NCBI GenBank assembly: GCA_030390025.1
Contig: CM059432.1
Coordinates: 127,474,001-127,538,000, forward strand
Length of the DNA stretch: 64,000 bases
Reading direction: 5' to 3'
Source of the DNA: Squalus acanthias
Lineage: Eukaryota
The position numbers and the translations under genes were made by a program. Below are positions 37,473 through 51,083 of the stretch, piece after piece. Position 1 is the first letter of the stretch. Each line of letters starts with the position of its first letter. A model generated the notes under the pieces. The model ran no database searches, was not told the origin of the DNA, and saw only the letters and a list, made by a program, of their open reading frames with translations.

Positions 37473-38084
37473 GAGAGTGTAGGCTCTGAGCATTAATAAT
37501 TCTGACACATTCACAGACTCCTCGGTGAGAATTAGAGAGAAGATTCTGTGTTCATCAACTGCAGTTCCAGGATGTTCAGTTTGTCACCAGCCAGGTTCCC
37601 CATGAAGCATCTGGTGGGAATTCATCAGATATACTGATCATAAGCACTGTTATGAGTCAGCCTGCAGCCTGTGGAGAAATTAACTGTACCAGCACATGTG
37701 TGTTTATAGTGTGCGAGCAATCAATGTCGCTGGCCCGTGGAGTAATCATTCACAGTGATGATAATTACTAAAATATGGGAGATATCACTTTGGCAGACAT
37801 TGGCGCACTCTAAAATCAATTAAAATGTTCTTTTCATGTCCTCAGTTCTGAATGTTTTATAATCTTTCCTTGATATCAGTGATTATAAGTGGGGGAGAGC
37901 TGTGGGCACACATGACAACACATTTATCTGGTGAATGATACTACTTCATGTGACAGGTGCAGTCTGACTCCAGAGGAATCCACTGCCAAAATGAATGACA
38001 AAGCACGGATTAACCCTTTCATTTACAGCCCCCAGTGTCCTTAATAAGTCTTCCTTCCCCCCCCCCCCACACCCGCCCCCACAG

Positions 38085-38237
38085 GTCACATGTTTCATTA
38101 CAAATGGGCCGTTTTAACAGACCCCAAGATATCGAAGCAACAATTAGAGGTTATGTAAAGTGTGACACTGCTGTCTCACAGAAAGGGAACACAGTAGAAA
38201 GCTCCAGGGGTTCAGCTCATTCAAATGATATTGAGAG
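38085..38237 (+). pseudogene. Ferlin exon, C2B end/FerI (HMFHYKWAVLTDP / DIEATIRGYVKCDTAV...NDIE) with -1 frameshift
   Basis: AG/GT bounded; 153 nt where 154 is needed; frame switch at gaccccaagat ~38122-38128. Confidence 0.9.
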
Positions 38238-39210
38238 GTACATATTTTTATAGTCCTTGACTAATTAGCAAAATTGAGTCTGATCTGGGCTTCAAAAGTC
38301 ATCGGAATTAACAGGCAGTGCTTGCTAACTGAAATTAATTCATAGGTTCTAGTATCAAATAACATGCTTTATATTTGTTAAAAGAAACCTATGTAAAATC
38401 TTCACTGCCTAGTTTTTAATTAGAGGTTTGGGGATGAGGAATACCTTTTAGTGGGGAGTGTATTAAATGCAACCATTCAAGGCATTTTAAATCTTCTCGT
38501 ATCAAGAATATTTAGTGATGATTTATCTGCATAATTTATATGAAAATTGAAATAGATTTTGCCCTCATTAATTTATGCTAAAATTGAGATACTAGAGTTT
38601 GTACCCTAGACTGTCCCTCTTTACACCCAACTAATACTGTACAAGTAATTTAATTAATGGGCTATATGTTCACCAATAGCAGACTGAACAGATGCAATTG
38701 AACCAGTTTGTCATGTGAGTGGCAGTCACAGAAAATAAAATAAAATGGGGTAATGGACGACCTAAGGAAAAATCTGTGTCACATGCGAGACACGAGTGAG
38801 TTGATGTGCATCCATTTATTGAACCAATCATCACAATCTCTGTGACATATGCTGACAAATCTCTTAGTTTTGCCTGTGAATGTGACAAGATGTGACGTGT
38901 GTTACGCAGGTGTCATCATCGACAATTTTCCAGAAGGTGACATTGTTTTTAGTTGTAAATACTTCTTCTGAAATTCAGTTCACCACTAATTTACCTCATG
39001 ACTGTCACAAAGCATGATGGGAAATATAGTATGATTGCTTAATGAACTGGTAGGATGAGTTCAATGGACCAAATGACCTCTTCTCATTGTAAACCATTAT
39101 GCAAAAACTCTCTCAGGCTTTATGGGGACACATTTCTGCTCGGATTCTCCCACCCGTCTGCCATAATTTCATTGGAAAAGCCATAGAAAACCCAGAACAA
39201 CAGAGTCTAC

Positions 39211-40062
39211 GGGCTGGATTTTCCAAGCCCCGAGGAGGCGGGAATGGAGGCGGGACAGCCGGTAAAATAGCAGAAAGTGGGGGCGGATGGCAAACCCGCC
39301 CCCATCCCGCCTCCGTGTCCTTTTGCCAAGAGGCGGGAAGATGTGTAGCTTCGGGTCCCGTCTCTTGGAGGCGGGAAAGGCATTTAATCCTTTTAACTGC
39401 CTGTTAACAGGCAGTTAACAGGCAGAAAAAAGGATTAGTGCCATTTTACCTTCACAGGTGAAGGCTTCCCAACATCGGAGAACCCTGGCAGGTTGGAGGA
39501 GACGTGAAGAAGGTCTGCGGGGGTCGGAGGCACCTGGAAGTAAGATGTAGAGGTGAGTGATGGGTGCAAGTGTGGAGTGGTAAATATGGAAGATGAGTGA
39601 TAAGTGTTAAAAAATGTTCACTTACCTTGTTTTCTTCCTACAGCCTTCATCCACCCTGGATCAGGAGACCCGACATCCTCCTTGTCGATTTCACAGACTG
39701 GCTGTTGGATCCTCCGAACCAACAGCCATCTGAAATCGACAAAGTTGAAAGGTTTGATGAGTCCTGATCACAAGGGCTCATCAAACTACAGAGAATGTCA
39801 GTGTTTAACAGCTTCACAGAGCTGTCAAATGCTGACATTTCTTCTTTCAAGAAGTCTTGACAGATAGCACGTCTGACGTTGACGCGCTCTGTCAGTGACT
39901 TCCTCCCTAATTGGCCTGCTGAGCCCGCAGGGCGGGCTTAACAAGGTCAATCAGGGGATAATCCCTCTTGTTGGTCAGACAATGATGGAGGCGGGACATT
40001 GACATTGACATGACAAGCAGCAGTCCCGCCTCCAACTCGTCTCCATTGAGAAAATCCAGCCC
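39211..40062. mobile_element. Harbinger-type MITE, GGGCTGGATTTT TIR, TSD TAC; inverted relative of 8525-9358
   Basis: Perfect TIRs and TSD; ggcctgctgagccc...aacaaggtcaatca mirrors 8629-8668. Confidence 0.85.
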
Positions 40063-40126
40063 TACATTTTCTTATTAAGCATTATGGCAGTTGTGTTTAG
40101 TGCCTTTCAATGAATTCTTCTTCCAG

Positions 40127-40299
40127 AAACCTCATGCTTCTCAGGAATTCCAGCAGAACAATTTTGGTCTTTTTGGAGCATTAAGATTTACAAGGCAGAG
40201 GGACTTCCCAAGATGAATTCTGGGATCATGGGCAAACTGATAAAAATCAGCAAAGTTTTAATTGATCCCAAAGTGTGCGTAACATTTGTAGATCAACAG
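40127..40299 (+). pseudogene. Ferlin exon, FerI/C2C (NLML / SGIPAEQFWSFWSIKIYKAEGLPKMNSGIMGKLIKISKVLIDPKVCVTFVDQQ) with frameshift
   Basis: ttccag acceptor, gtaaaa donor; frame break at ~40140. Confidence 0.9.
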
Positions 40300-42594
40300 G
40301 TAAAATAACCTCTCTGTGTAATACATACTTAATAATTAATGCATGTTATAGACAGTGGGCTCGGAAAAATCCTGGTTACATTTGTTGGAGTCTGTTTGTC
40401 CGTGGCCTGAGAAAAGTTAGTTTAATGAATTGCCGGTGAACGTCCCACATTTAATCCAATATGGTGCAGTGAGATAATGAACCTTGATAGAACGCATCTA
40501 TGAGCTATAGCCACTTATTAGTTTTCTGCTTATTTAATCTTCTTGACAACTAAGTCAATAGTAAATTTACACTCCGTGAATCAGGGATGGTCTTGACATG
40601 ATGCAGAAGAATGATCGAGCAATAAACCACAGGAAATCACAGATAACAATAGCTCAAGATTGCACAGAATGGATGAAAGAAAATCAGAATGATGGATTAT
40701 TGGAATTAACAGATCAGCTAGAGCACACAGAAGTATTGGATAACTTTGGCTTGTAACAGTAGAGTATGTTTTCCAGTCCCAGAGCTGTGGCAGTGGGACC
40801 AGGGTGCGATGAGATTTTCAACTCATGAAGAGTTGACCCTGCAGATCTTTTGGGGTTCCCTGTATTTCATATTCAAGTGAACACTTGGCATTGGGAGTAT
40901 GCCAGAGGGGCAGTGGGAAACCTGGCATCTCATCAGCCCTTAAAGAGCCGTGCACCAGAATTAAAGGGATTAAGTTAAGTAATAGAGTGTGGGGACAAAT
41001 TCTTCTTCAGTCTCTGTAAGTCTTTTTCCAGCCACTGATTTTTGGCAACCGCTTTGTATGGGGCCAAATAAATGGGGTGGCAAAAACTAGTGGTGGAAAA
41101 ACAAATGCTGTATAATACTGTGCATTTAAATGTCTTTAAACACATTCTATGCAAAGCATTTAAGACCCGCCAGGAGATTGCATCATACGTGGGCCAGGTG
41201 GAGATCCCGTGAAAGGGATTCCATGCCCAATTTCCCAACTCCCGCCCACATGTTGCATGGTGGCAGAACTAAGCCCATCAGGCGGAAAAGATGTTGAATT
41301 TCTCTCCCTAAGGCAGTAATATGAGTCAATATATCTGCATGTAACTGTAGGATTCAATTAATTGGGAATGATTAACTTAGTCTTGTAAAACTTGACTAAC
41401 AAACGGAATCCAGATTTAATCCATTGTGTATAATATATCCACATTAGAAAATGAAGATTGGGGTATATTTGCATCAGATAAGGGGGAAATATTAAAAATT
41501 TAGGACGCCTCCTAACGTACCCATCTGAAGTCAGTATGCATCTATTTGTGTAAAACATCCAAAGAAAACTCTGAAACTACACACCTGAGCCAATTGATGG
41601 AGTTAGGTGGGTTTTGCTTATTATTGTTATTGACAAACCTAAGTGCTGGGCAAAGGTCCATCGTGCAGGGAGTTCAAACTAGTAAAAGAGAAGACAGGGT
41701 AAATCAGGAAGTGATGGCAAGCTTGGGTTCCAGCAGTATGAAGGTTGGAGGGGGAGGCAAAGACTGAGGGTGGTAAGGAGTTCTGCAGTTTTGAGGATCA
41801 GCTAAAAATCAGTTAGAGAATAACACTGTACAGTCCGTTTTGATTTCAACTTGGTGAAGGTGTAGGGAGAAGGAGGAGCAAGTAGACTAGCATAGCTAGA
41901 GTCAGAAGGAGAAAGAGAAGTAAGTGTAGTGGCGCAGTGACCATAGTAAATGGAGAAAGATTGTGGCAGATCGAGAGAAGTTGGAGGGTAGAAGTGAAAG
42001 AGAGATTGCTGATCAGCCGACCAGCTTTACCTGTATTCTGCTGCTGGGTACAAGAGGTGTTAATATGGGAGCAGTTTTCAAATCTTGGATGGACTTCAAC
42101 TTCACAGAGAGTTAAGAATTGTTGAGGGACAAGGAAGTATTTGGCATAATATCAAGCTTCTTGGAAACAGTTTTAGCAAAGGAGATGTGGGAATTCCACT
42201 TGAGGTCAGAGGAGGTAATGAAGGTGAGAGTGTTGACAGATGAAGAAAGACAAGGGTAGAGCTCTTAAATGTAAGAGGTTGTAGCTGTTAGACTTGCGAG
42301 AGACATGAAGGAGGCTGTGTCGTTGAAGAATTGAAAGAAATAAGAATGCTGATTTTCCTGATAATTGACCCATTGAACACTCAGTTCCATGGGTGGCGGG
42401 GGCAGGGGTAGGGGGGGGGGGGGGTGGGCAGGCGCGGGCGGGCCACAAAATAGAGGCAGAGACCCAGAGAACCTGGTCTCCACCAATTTTACGTTGCCCT
42501 GGGATTATGTTCCCAACGGACCATGGGTCTGCAAGGGTCCCAGAGTTGGCGATAGACTGTAGGATGGGTGGTTTTGTTCTAATTTATACACAAA

Positions 42595-43195
42595 GGCACG
42601 GATGAGAGTTTCAGCAGCGGATGAGCTGAGGCGGGGCGGAGACGGGCGATGTTACAGAGGTGGAAATAGGCGGTCTTAGTTATGCTGCGGATATGTGGTC
42701 GGAAGCTCATTTCAGGGTCAAATATGACACCAAGGTTGCGAACAGTGTGGTTCAGCCTCAGACAGAGGTTAGGGAGAGGGATGGAGTCAGTGGCTAGGGA
42801 ACGGAGTTTGTGGCGGGGACCGAAAACAATGGCTTCGGTCTTCCCAATATTTAATTGGAGAAAATTTCTGCTCATCCAGAACTGGATGTCAGACAAGCAG
42901 TCTGACAATTTAAAGACCGTGGCGGGGTCGAGAGAAGTGGTGGTGAGGTACAGCTGGGTGTCGTCAGCGTACATGTGGAAACTGACGCTGTGTTTTCGGA
43001 TGATGTCGCCAAGCGGCAACATGTAGATGAGAAATAGGAGGGGACACTAGAGGTAATAATGCGGGAGCAGGAAGAGAAGCTGTTGCAGGTGATTCTCTGG
43101 CTACGATTAGATAGATAAGAATGGAACCAGGCGAGTGCAGTCCCACCCAGCTGGATGACAGTGGAGAGGCGTTGGAGAAGGGTGGAGTGGTCAAC
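42595..43195 (-). mobile_element. L2 RT fragment
   Basis: FHMYADDTQLY...FLQLNIGKTE. Confidence 0.9.
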
Positions 43196-43521
43196 TACTA
43201 TATTATGGGAAGAATACCTTGGAATTCCAAAATGGGCAAACCTTCTTGTACCCACAGTGTTTCTCACCTGAATTGGCCCGACATCCCTTTCTGCTGTTTC
43301 ACCACTAATCTCATTTTGCAGAAGTTCCCAACTGCATTTACCAAAATCTCCTGTAAACCTCCAACTTTCTGTAAAAATATCCATTTCTGGTTAATGAACC
43401 CTGCCTGTAATCTGGTGACAGAACAAAATACTGTTTATCTTATGGTATGTCGCAGTACTTTAATGTAAGGATACTCTAATGAAGGTGTCTTGCTATGTTG
43501 ACTGATGCAATGTATCCACAG

Positions 43522-43846
43522 GTTTCCTTCCAACCTTTGGCCATTCCTGGGTGAACCTCGATGGCTCTGCTCAGAACTTTACAGTGGAGGATGAGCAGCA
43601 AAACCTCAACAAAGGGCTGGGGGAAGGGACCTACTACAGGGGCAGCCTTTTGTTAGCTGTGGAAGTGAGGATATTGGGTATACCGACTTCTAAAATCAAA
43701 CCTAAAAAATCCCCAAACTTCTTTGGAAAACTCAGGAAGAAAGCAAAAACCGGAAACACAGCCACTGACACTGAGGATAACATTGATAAACGGGAGCAGC
43801 CGACTTCTGTAGGCACAGAAGTTGAAAACATCATCCTCTTATTGAG
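43522..43846 (+). pseudogene. Ferlin exon, C2C end plus linker (GFLPTFGHSWVNLDGSAQNFTVEDEQQNLNKGLGEGTYYRGSLLLAVEV...)
   Basis: ccacag acceptor; ORF 43551-43946 carries LN-GLGEG--YRG-LLL; 3' boundary uncertain (43846 or 43875). Confidence 0.88.
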
Positions 43847-44176
43847 GCATGTCACAAAAAATGGAGGCTCCACATGTAAGTACAATAATACAATAAGTGA
43901 TGGTGCTCTGATTGAAGAATCCACATCAAAAATAGCCCACATTTAATTAGCTAATGACTATCATAGATTTTAGAAACTATAAATTAAAAAAAAATTAAAT
44001 AACACAGCCCCAATTACAGAGTTGAAGTAGGGTGATTTTCACCGTCATACTTGGGTGGTAAGCTGAGAGAGCGGATTGCCCGCCTCTTATAGAACCTGCC
44101 CGATTTTCACTGCCAGTTTACCACTTTGAGCGGTGAAGGTGAAAATGATCCCCAGTGTGTTCACGGTGTAATCATT

Positions 44177-44820
44177 GGCCCGGAATTTGCGGTCAGCGGC
44201 GAAGCAAAGGCGTTCGCCGTTGGCCCCGAAGAAAGCTGCCCACAAAGATCTCGCAATCTCTGTGGCGAGGTGTTTACCTTTTTCAACGCATTAGTGAAAT
44301 CAGTGCATTATAGCGGGAAATCCCTACTGCGATCTGCTGTGCCCACAAAAGGCTGTCTAAGCAGCCGATCACAATGCAGAATTCTCACAGACAGGTAACC
44401 AGGAAGTGAAGAAGTTGCTTTTATTCGGACTTTTTAAGCTTTACAATTGAAATAACCGTGCATGCGTAAGATATTGAATGGACCGCGCACCAAAAACAAA
44501 ATTACAGGGAACATTGGTGTGGGGGCTCAGAGCGGGGCAGAGAGGAGGGAGGGAGGGAGGCAAACATCAGGGGTTTAGAGGGAGGGGGTGTCAGCAGATC
44601 ACAGGGAGAGAGGCTCAGGATCGCGGGCTCAGGGAGTGTGTTGGCCGATCGCGGCAGTGAGGAGAGGCTGCGATAAGCAGAAAATGTATTTGAGGGGACA
44701 GGAAACGCACTCCTTGTCCTCCTGGCTCACAAACAGTGCTCTAAAAAGCCCTTAACTGTTTGAGCAGGTAGCTCCCATCTCCATTTAGCTACCACGTTTT
44801 CAGAGCCCTGGGAAACCTAT
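44177..44820. mobile_element. Harbinger-type MITE remnant
   Basis: Starts ggcccggaatttgcgg; right end not resolved. Confidence 0.45.
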
Positions 44821-46359
44821 TGATTCTCCCCAACTTATTTCTTCCCCTGAAGGATGGGAATAACCTCAGGCAAAACTTCCAAGAAAATAAAATTCTGTAA
44901 CAATTTCGTCCCGATTCAGAAGGCATTTGAGTGAAATCTCTGGGATGGTGTTAAGAAAATGTGGCTCACTTGGTATTACCTCTTTGAAGTTGTCACTGGC
45001 GTAGAAAGTGGGAAAATGCAGCTCTGTCCCACCGCCCGAGTGAGAAGCACGCAAATTATCTGTGAAAGATCAATGGAGCATGAAAATTATTTTACCATAA
45101 AAATGTTAACTTATGATGTGAGAAAAAGAAAGGTAAGCAAGAGAATTCTGTTAGGAATAGGATTCTAAAGTCAGTCTGATCACAAACTATTAGCAAAGAG
45201 GAAATTGGTTTTGCTGTATTTTCTGCTTCGGGGAGCTATTTCCAATATCCTGAAATTTTTTAAATATAATAATTAATAAAATAAAAATAGAGAGAGAATG
45301 CACCATGGGAGCAATGCTTTATGAAAAAGTTACCAATTATTTCACCCAGAGTGAGAGTTATTGAATTTCCCTGGGGGGGAAAAAGTCCCTTATAGTTAAT
45401 TGTATTTAAAAGAATATTTCTTTCCTCTGAAGTACAATGGGATTTGTTTGCAGCAGCTAAGATAGAGCTGTTGTTTGTTTGAGATGGAGTCGCAAACTTT
45501 AGTTAAGTGCACTGACTTGTGCCGATATACTGGTGCGGTGCAGTGGGCAGTCAGAAGGGCAGGTTCGATGCCTTACGTTGCTGAATTGCCAATCTCAATC
45601 AAGCTGCTGTAAGGAGACACCAAGCAGAGGCCAGGCACCTTCCGAGAGGAACCGGGAAATCAGAGAGAGTCACCCCCAAATCACAGTCATGTGCCTTCTT
45701 ATGGCTCGGCCAAGAGCAGCATTGGCTGCCCTTTCAACACGAGGTGGTACAGGAACCAGGGAGACCAAGAGGATTCAGGAGAAAATCGAGGGCTTCATTA
45801 TATTTAAAAACAAAGTAGCAGTAGTACCTGTCCGCGCTGCCTTGTTCCAGGTATGGAGTGTGCTAGCCATAAACTGCTCCTGAGATGTGGTACACATTAC
45901 ATAGAAGATCCACAATGAGCTTTAGTCTTTTACAAAGAGATGGGACTTTATTATCAATTGTAATGAAACAATGTCAGTACAATATTTTAGTGAAGGCTTC
46001 TCTCAATTCCTGAAAGTTACCTAAAGGAGAAGCTTGTTTCATGTTCACAGTAAGAACAATCTGCACGTGAGACAGGGAACACGCAAGCATTGTGGTTGTG
46101 AAGTGGAAGCAATGTATCCACAGGCAAAGTACAGTGAAACTCCCTCCTGGAATGTCCCTACATCAGGATTAACTTTCCCTTTATCTAACTGTTCCTTATA
46201 AGTAAACAATGCATAATGTGTGGAAACTGAATGGGTGGCTGACTTAATTCTTCCCTTTAAACAATTGTTCCCATTAAAAGGGTATCCATTAACTGCCCTT
46301 TACTATGTATACCAAAGTCATGAAACATCTGAATGACTTACATGAATCTTCTGTCTCTA

Positions 46360-46480
46360 AATTTTACGGGTAAGAAAGAAGAGTTTCTGCTTTTTGCCAC
46401 ATTTCTAGAAATGACCATGATAGACAATGACGTGGACAAGAGTGTGGGTTCAAAGCCAGTCATCTTCGAAGTGTCCATTG
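46360..46480 (+). pseudogene. Ferlin exon (NFTGKKEEFLLFATFLEMTMIDNDVDKSVGSKPVIFEVSI); acceptor AG missing
   Basis: ORF 46333-46524; gtaaga donor; upstream ctgtctcta|aat has no AG. Confidence 0.88.
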
Positions 46481-47227
46481 GTAAGAGTTTGATAAAACCT
46501 TGCTGTAAAGTGAAAGATTTGTAATAAAGCTCGATGAGTCACATGCTATTGGCTGTATGTTCAGAAATATTAAACAATGTAATTACATTTGGACGAAGAC
46601 TTTGATGTGCTGTATAATACCTTATTAGGGTTTTAATAAGTAAAGAGTACGTCATTTTATGAAATAAAAGATTTGGGTTTTTGTATTCGTTCCTGGGATG
46701 TGGGCGTCGCTGGCAAGGCCAGCATTTATTGCCCATCCCTAATTGCCCTTGAGAAGGTGGTGGTGAGCCGCCTTCTTGAACCGCTGCAGTCCGTGTGGTG
46801 AAGGTACTCCCACAGTGTTGTTCGGGAGGGAGTTCCAGGATTTTGACCCAGCGACTATGAAGGATTGGCGATGTATTTCCAAGTCACGATGGTGTGTAAC
46901 TTGGAGGGGAACTTGGAGGTGGTGGTGTTCCCATGCGCCTGATGCCCTTGTCCTTCGAGGTGGTAGAGGTCATGTGTTTGGGAGGTGCTGTCGAAGAAGC
47001 CTTGGTGAATTGCTGCAGTGCATCTTGTAGATGGTACATACTGCAGCCACGGTACGCCGGTGGTGGAGGGAGTGAATGTTTAAGGTGGTGGACGGGGTGC
47101 CAATCAAGCGGGCTGCTTTGTCGTGGATGGTGTCGAGCTTCTTGAATGTTGTTGCAGCTGCACTCATCCAGGCAAGTGGAGAGTATTCCATCACACTAGA
47201 GAAGAAAGTAGTATTAGAGGCAGAAGT

Positions 47228-48150
47228 ACAACAACAACAACAACTTGTATTTATATAGCACCATTAATGTAGTAAAACGTCCCAAGGCGCTTCACAGGAG
47301 TATTTTGAGACAAAAAAATTTGACACCAATCCACATAAGGATAAATTAGGGCAGGTGACTAAAAGCTTGGTCAAAGAAGTAGGTTTTAAGGAGCATCTTA
47401 AAGATGGAAAGAGAGGTAGCGAGGCGGAGAAGTTTAGGCAGGGAATTCCAGAGCTTAGGGCCTAGGCCACCAAAGGTTGAGCGATTATAATCAGGGATCC
47501 TCAAGAGGGCAGAATTAGAGGAGCGCTGATATCTCAGAGGGTTGTGGAGCTGAAGGAGATTACAGAGATAGGAAGGGGCGAGGCCATGGAGGGATTTGAA
47601 AGCAAGGATGAGAATATTGAAATCGAGGTGCTGCTTAACTGGGAGCCAATGTAGGTCAGTGAGCACAGGGATGATGGGTGAACGGGACTTGGTTCGAGTT
47701 ACGACATGGGCAGCCAAGTTTTGGATGACCTCAAGTTTACGTAGGGTGAAATGTGGGAGGCCAGCCAAGAGTGCGTTGGAATAGTCAAGTCTAGAGGTAA
47801 CAAAAGCATGGATGAGGGTTTCAGCAGCGGATGAACTGAGGCAAGAGCGGAGACGGGCGATGTTACAGAGGTGGAAGTAGGCAGTCTTTGTAATGCCGTG
47901 GATATGTAGTCGGAAGCTCATTTCAGGGTCAAATATGACACCAAGGTTGCGAACAGTGTGGTTCAGCCTCAGACAGATGTTAGGGAGAGGGATGGAGTCA
48001 GTGGCTCGGGAACGGAGTTTGTGGCAGGGACCGAAAACAATGGCTTCGATTTTCCCAATATTTAATTGGAGAAAATTTTTGCTCAGCCAGAGCTGTATGT
48101 CGCTCAAGCAGTCTGACAATTTAGACACCGTGGAGGGGTCGAGAGAAGGA
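47228..48150 (-). mobile_element. L2 3' fragment nested near the 5' end of a CR1
   Basis: ORF 47346-48128; (CAA)n tail at 47229. Confidence 0.9.
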
Positions 48151-51083
48151 GTACCATATTAGAGAGGAGCAGACTAAGAAAGACTACGAAAAATTCGAAA
48201 ATGGGTTTAAAATGCATGTACGTAAACGCACAAAGTGTGGTGAATAAGGTTGGTGAGCTACAAGCACAAATTAGCCGTATGGCAATATGATGTTGTGGCA
48301 AGAACGGAAATGTGGCTTAAAAGCGGTGAGGACTGGGCACTTAATATTCAAGGTGTTCAGAAAAGATAGGGAAGGAAAAAAGGGAAGTGGGGTGGCAGTG
48401 CTGATTAAGGAAGACATTGTAGTGTTGGAAAGGGAGGATGTTCTTGAGGGGACAAGGACAGAATGCATTTGGTTAGAGTTGAGGAGCAAAAAGGGTATGA
48501 TCACGCTATTGGGGGTATTCTATAGGCCTCCAAATAGTGAGAGGGAGGTAGAGGAGCAAATCTGAAGGGAAATTGCAGAGATATGCAAGAGCTATAGAGT
48601 GGTGATATTGGGGGACTTTAATTACCCAAATATCGATTGGGATAATGCTAGGGTAAAGGGAAAGGAGGGGGAGGAATTTCTGAAATGTGTTCAGGAAAAT
48701 TTCCTCGACCAGTATGTTCTTGGCCCAACTAGGAAGGAGGCATTGCTGGATCTGGTGCTGGGAAATGAGGTGGGCCAGGTTGACCAAGTGTCTGTGGGAG
48801 AACACTTGGGTATGAGTGATTATCGCATCATAAGATTTAGATTAGCAATGGAGAGGAGCAAGGAACAATCTAGAGTGGAACTTCTAAACTGGATTAGGGC
48901 TAACTTCAATGGGATGCGAAAGGATCTAGCCAGGGTAAAATGGAACCAAAGACTGACAGGAAAAACTGTAACGGAACAATGGGTAATCTTTAAGGAGGAG
49001 ATGTTCCAAGTACAGGCTAGGTACATTCCAACAAGAGGGAAGGGTAAGGGAACCAAAGCAAGGGCTCCTTGGGTGACGAGGGAGATAGAGAAGATGATGA
49101 AACAAAAAAAGAGGGTGCATGATGCATGTCAGGTGAATTCTTCAAGGGAGAACCAGACCAAATACAATAATTGAGAGGGGAAGTGAAGATGAAAATAAGA
49201 TTGGCAAAGAGAGAATATGAGAGTAGAATGGCGGTTAACATAAAAGGGAACCCAAAAACCTTCTACCGGCATGTAAACAGTAAGTGAGTGTTAAGAGGCG
49301 GGGTGGGGCCTATTAGAGACAAAGAAGGTGATATATGCTTAGAGGCACAGGGCAAGGCTAGAATACTCAATGAGTATTTTGTATCGGTGTTTACTAAGGA
49401 GGTGGATGCTGACAAAATATCGGTAGAAGTGGAAAAGGTAGAAGCAATTGAAGGGGTGAAAATTGGTAGACAGGATGTACTAGAAAGGTTGGGTATGCTT
49501 AGAGTGGATAAGTCACCTGGACCAGATGGCTTGCATCCCAAGTTGCTAAGGGATTGGGGGAGGAGATAGCGGAAGGGCTTGCCATAATTTTCCAATCTCA
49601 CTATATGAGGGGGAGGTGCCTGAGGATTGGAAAGTGGCAAATGTGACACCGTTGTTCAAGAAAGGGTGTAAGGACAATCCTAGTAACTACAGGCCGGTCA
49701 GTTTAACATCAGTGGTGGGTAAAGTTTTAGAAACAATAATCAAGAAAAAAATTAACGGGCACTTGGAGAGGTTTAAGCTAATTAAGGAGAGTCAACACGG
49801 ATTTGTAAAAGGCAGATCGTGTTTGACTAATCTAATCGAATTTTTTGATGAAGTAACAGAGAGAATTGATGAAGGGAGTGGAATGGATGTTGTCTACATG
49901 GATTTTCGGAAGGCATTTGACAAAATACCACATAGAAGGCTGGCTAACAAAATTGAGGTTCATGGAATAGGTGGGTCAGTGGCAGCTTGGATAAGGAATT
50001 AGCTTAACGACAGAAAACAGCGAGTTGTAGTAAATGGCTGTTTTTCAGACTGGAGGATGGTAGACAGTGGTGCACCCCAAGGGTCAGTGCTGGGGCCACT
50101 GCTTTTTGTGAGAAATATAAATGACCTGGATATTGGAATACAGAGTAGAATTTCTAAATTTGCCAATGACACCAAACTTGGGGGTGTGGTGAACAGTGAG
50201 GATGATACCAATCGACTGCAGCAGGACATAGAAAGGCTAGCAGAATGGGCAGACAAGTGGCAGATGGAATTTAATACAGAGAAGTGTGAGGTGATGCATT
50301 TTGGCAGAAGGAACAGGGAGAAGCAATATACACTTAATGGCACAGTTTTAAAGAGTGTGCAGGGACAGAGGGACTTGGGAGTTAATGTGCATAGGCCGCT
50401 GAAGGTGGCAGGACATATTGAGAGAGTGGTTAGCAAAGCATATGGGATCTTGGGCTTCATAAAGAGAGGTATTGAGTACAAAAGTAGGGAAGTTATGCTG
50501 AACCTTTATAAAGCGCTGGTTAGGCCACAACTGGAGTATTGCGTCCAGTTCTGGTCACCACACTTTAGGAAGGATGTGAAGGCCCTTGAGAGGGTGCAGA
50601 GGAGATTTACCAGAATGGTTTCGGGGATGGGGGATCTTAGCTACAAGGATAGGTTGGAGAAGCTGGATTTGTTTTCATTAGAGCAAAGGAGGTTGAGGGG
50701 TGATTTGATAGAGGTGTACAAGATTATGACGGGTTTCGATAGGCTAGACGGGGAAAGGCTGTTCCCACTAGTTGATGGTACAAGGACTAGGGGACACAGA
50801 TTTAAGGTTTTGGGCAAGAGATACAGGGGGAATGTGAGGGAAAACTTTTTTACGCAGCGAGTGGTGAGGACCTGGAATTCGCTGCTGACGGAAGTGGTGG
50901 AAGCGGAGACACTCAATGTTTTCAAGGGGAGACTGGATAGGCACTGGAGGGAAATAAACTTGCAGGGCTACGGGGATAGAGCGGGGGAGTGGAACTGACT
51001 AGATTGCTGTACAGAGAGCCAACACGGACTCGATGGGCCGAATGGCCTCCTTCTGTGCCGCTATGATTCTATGACTATGACTC
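48150..51083 (+). mobile_element. CR1 LINE ORF2 (APE plus RT), degraded, with 3' tail
   Basis: CMYVNAQSVVNK, YRPP, GDFN, DFRKAFD, QGSVLGP, FAND; (ctatga)n tail. Confidence 0.92.

Noticed and set aside
38122..38128. Frameshift explained as a homopolymer sequencing error
   Set aside because: Possible for this site alone, but it cannot explain the splice-site changes or the exonic MITE.
40701..40721. tgg aat taa cag atc agc (WN*QIS) resembling WNEQIS of the missing C2C exon
   Set aside because: Flanking codons show no ferlin similarity and no splice context; probably chance.
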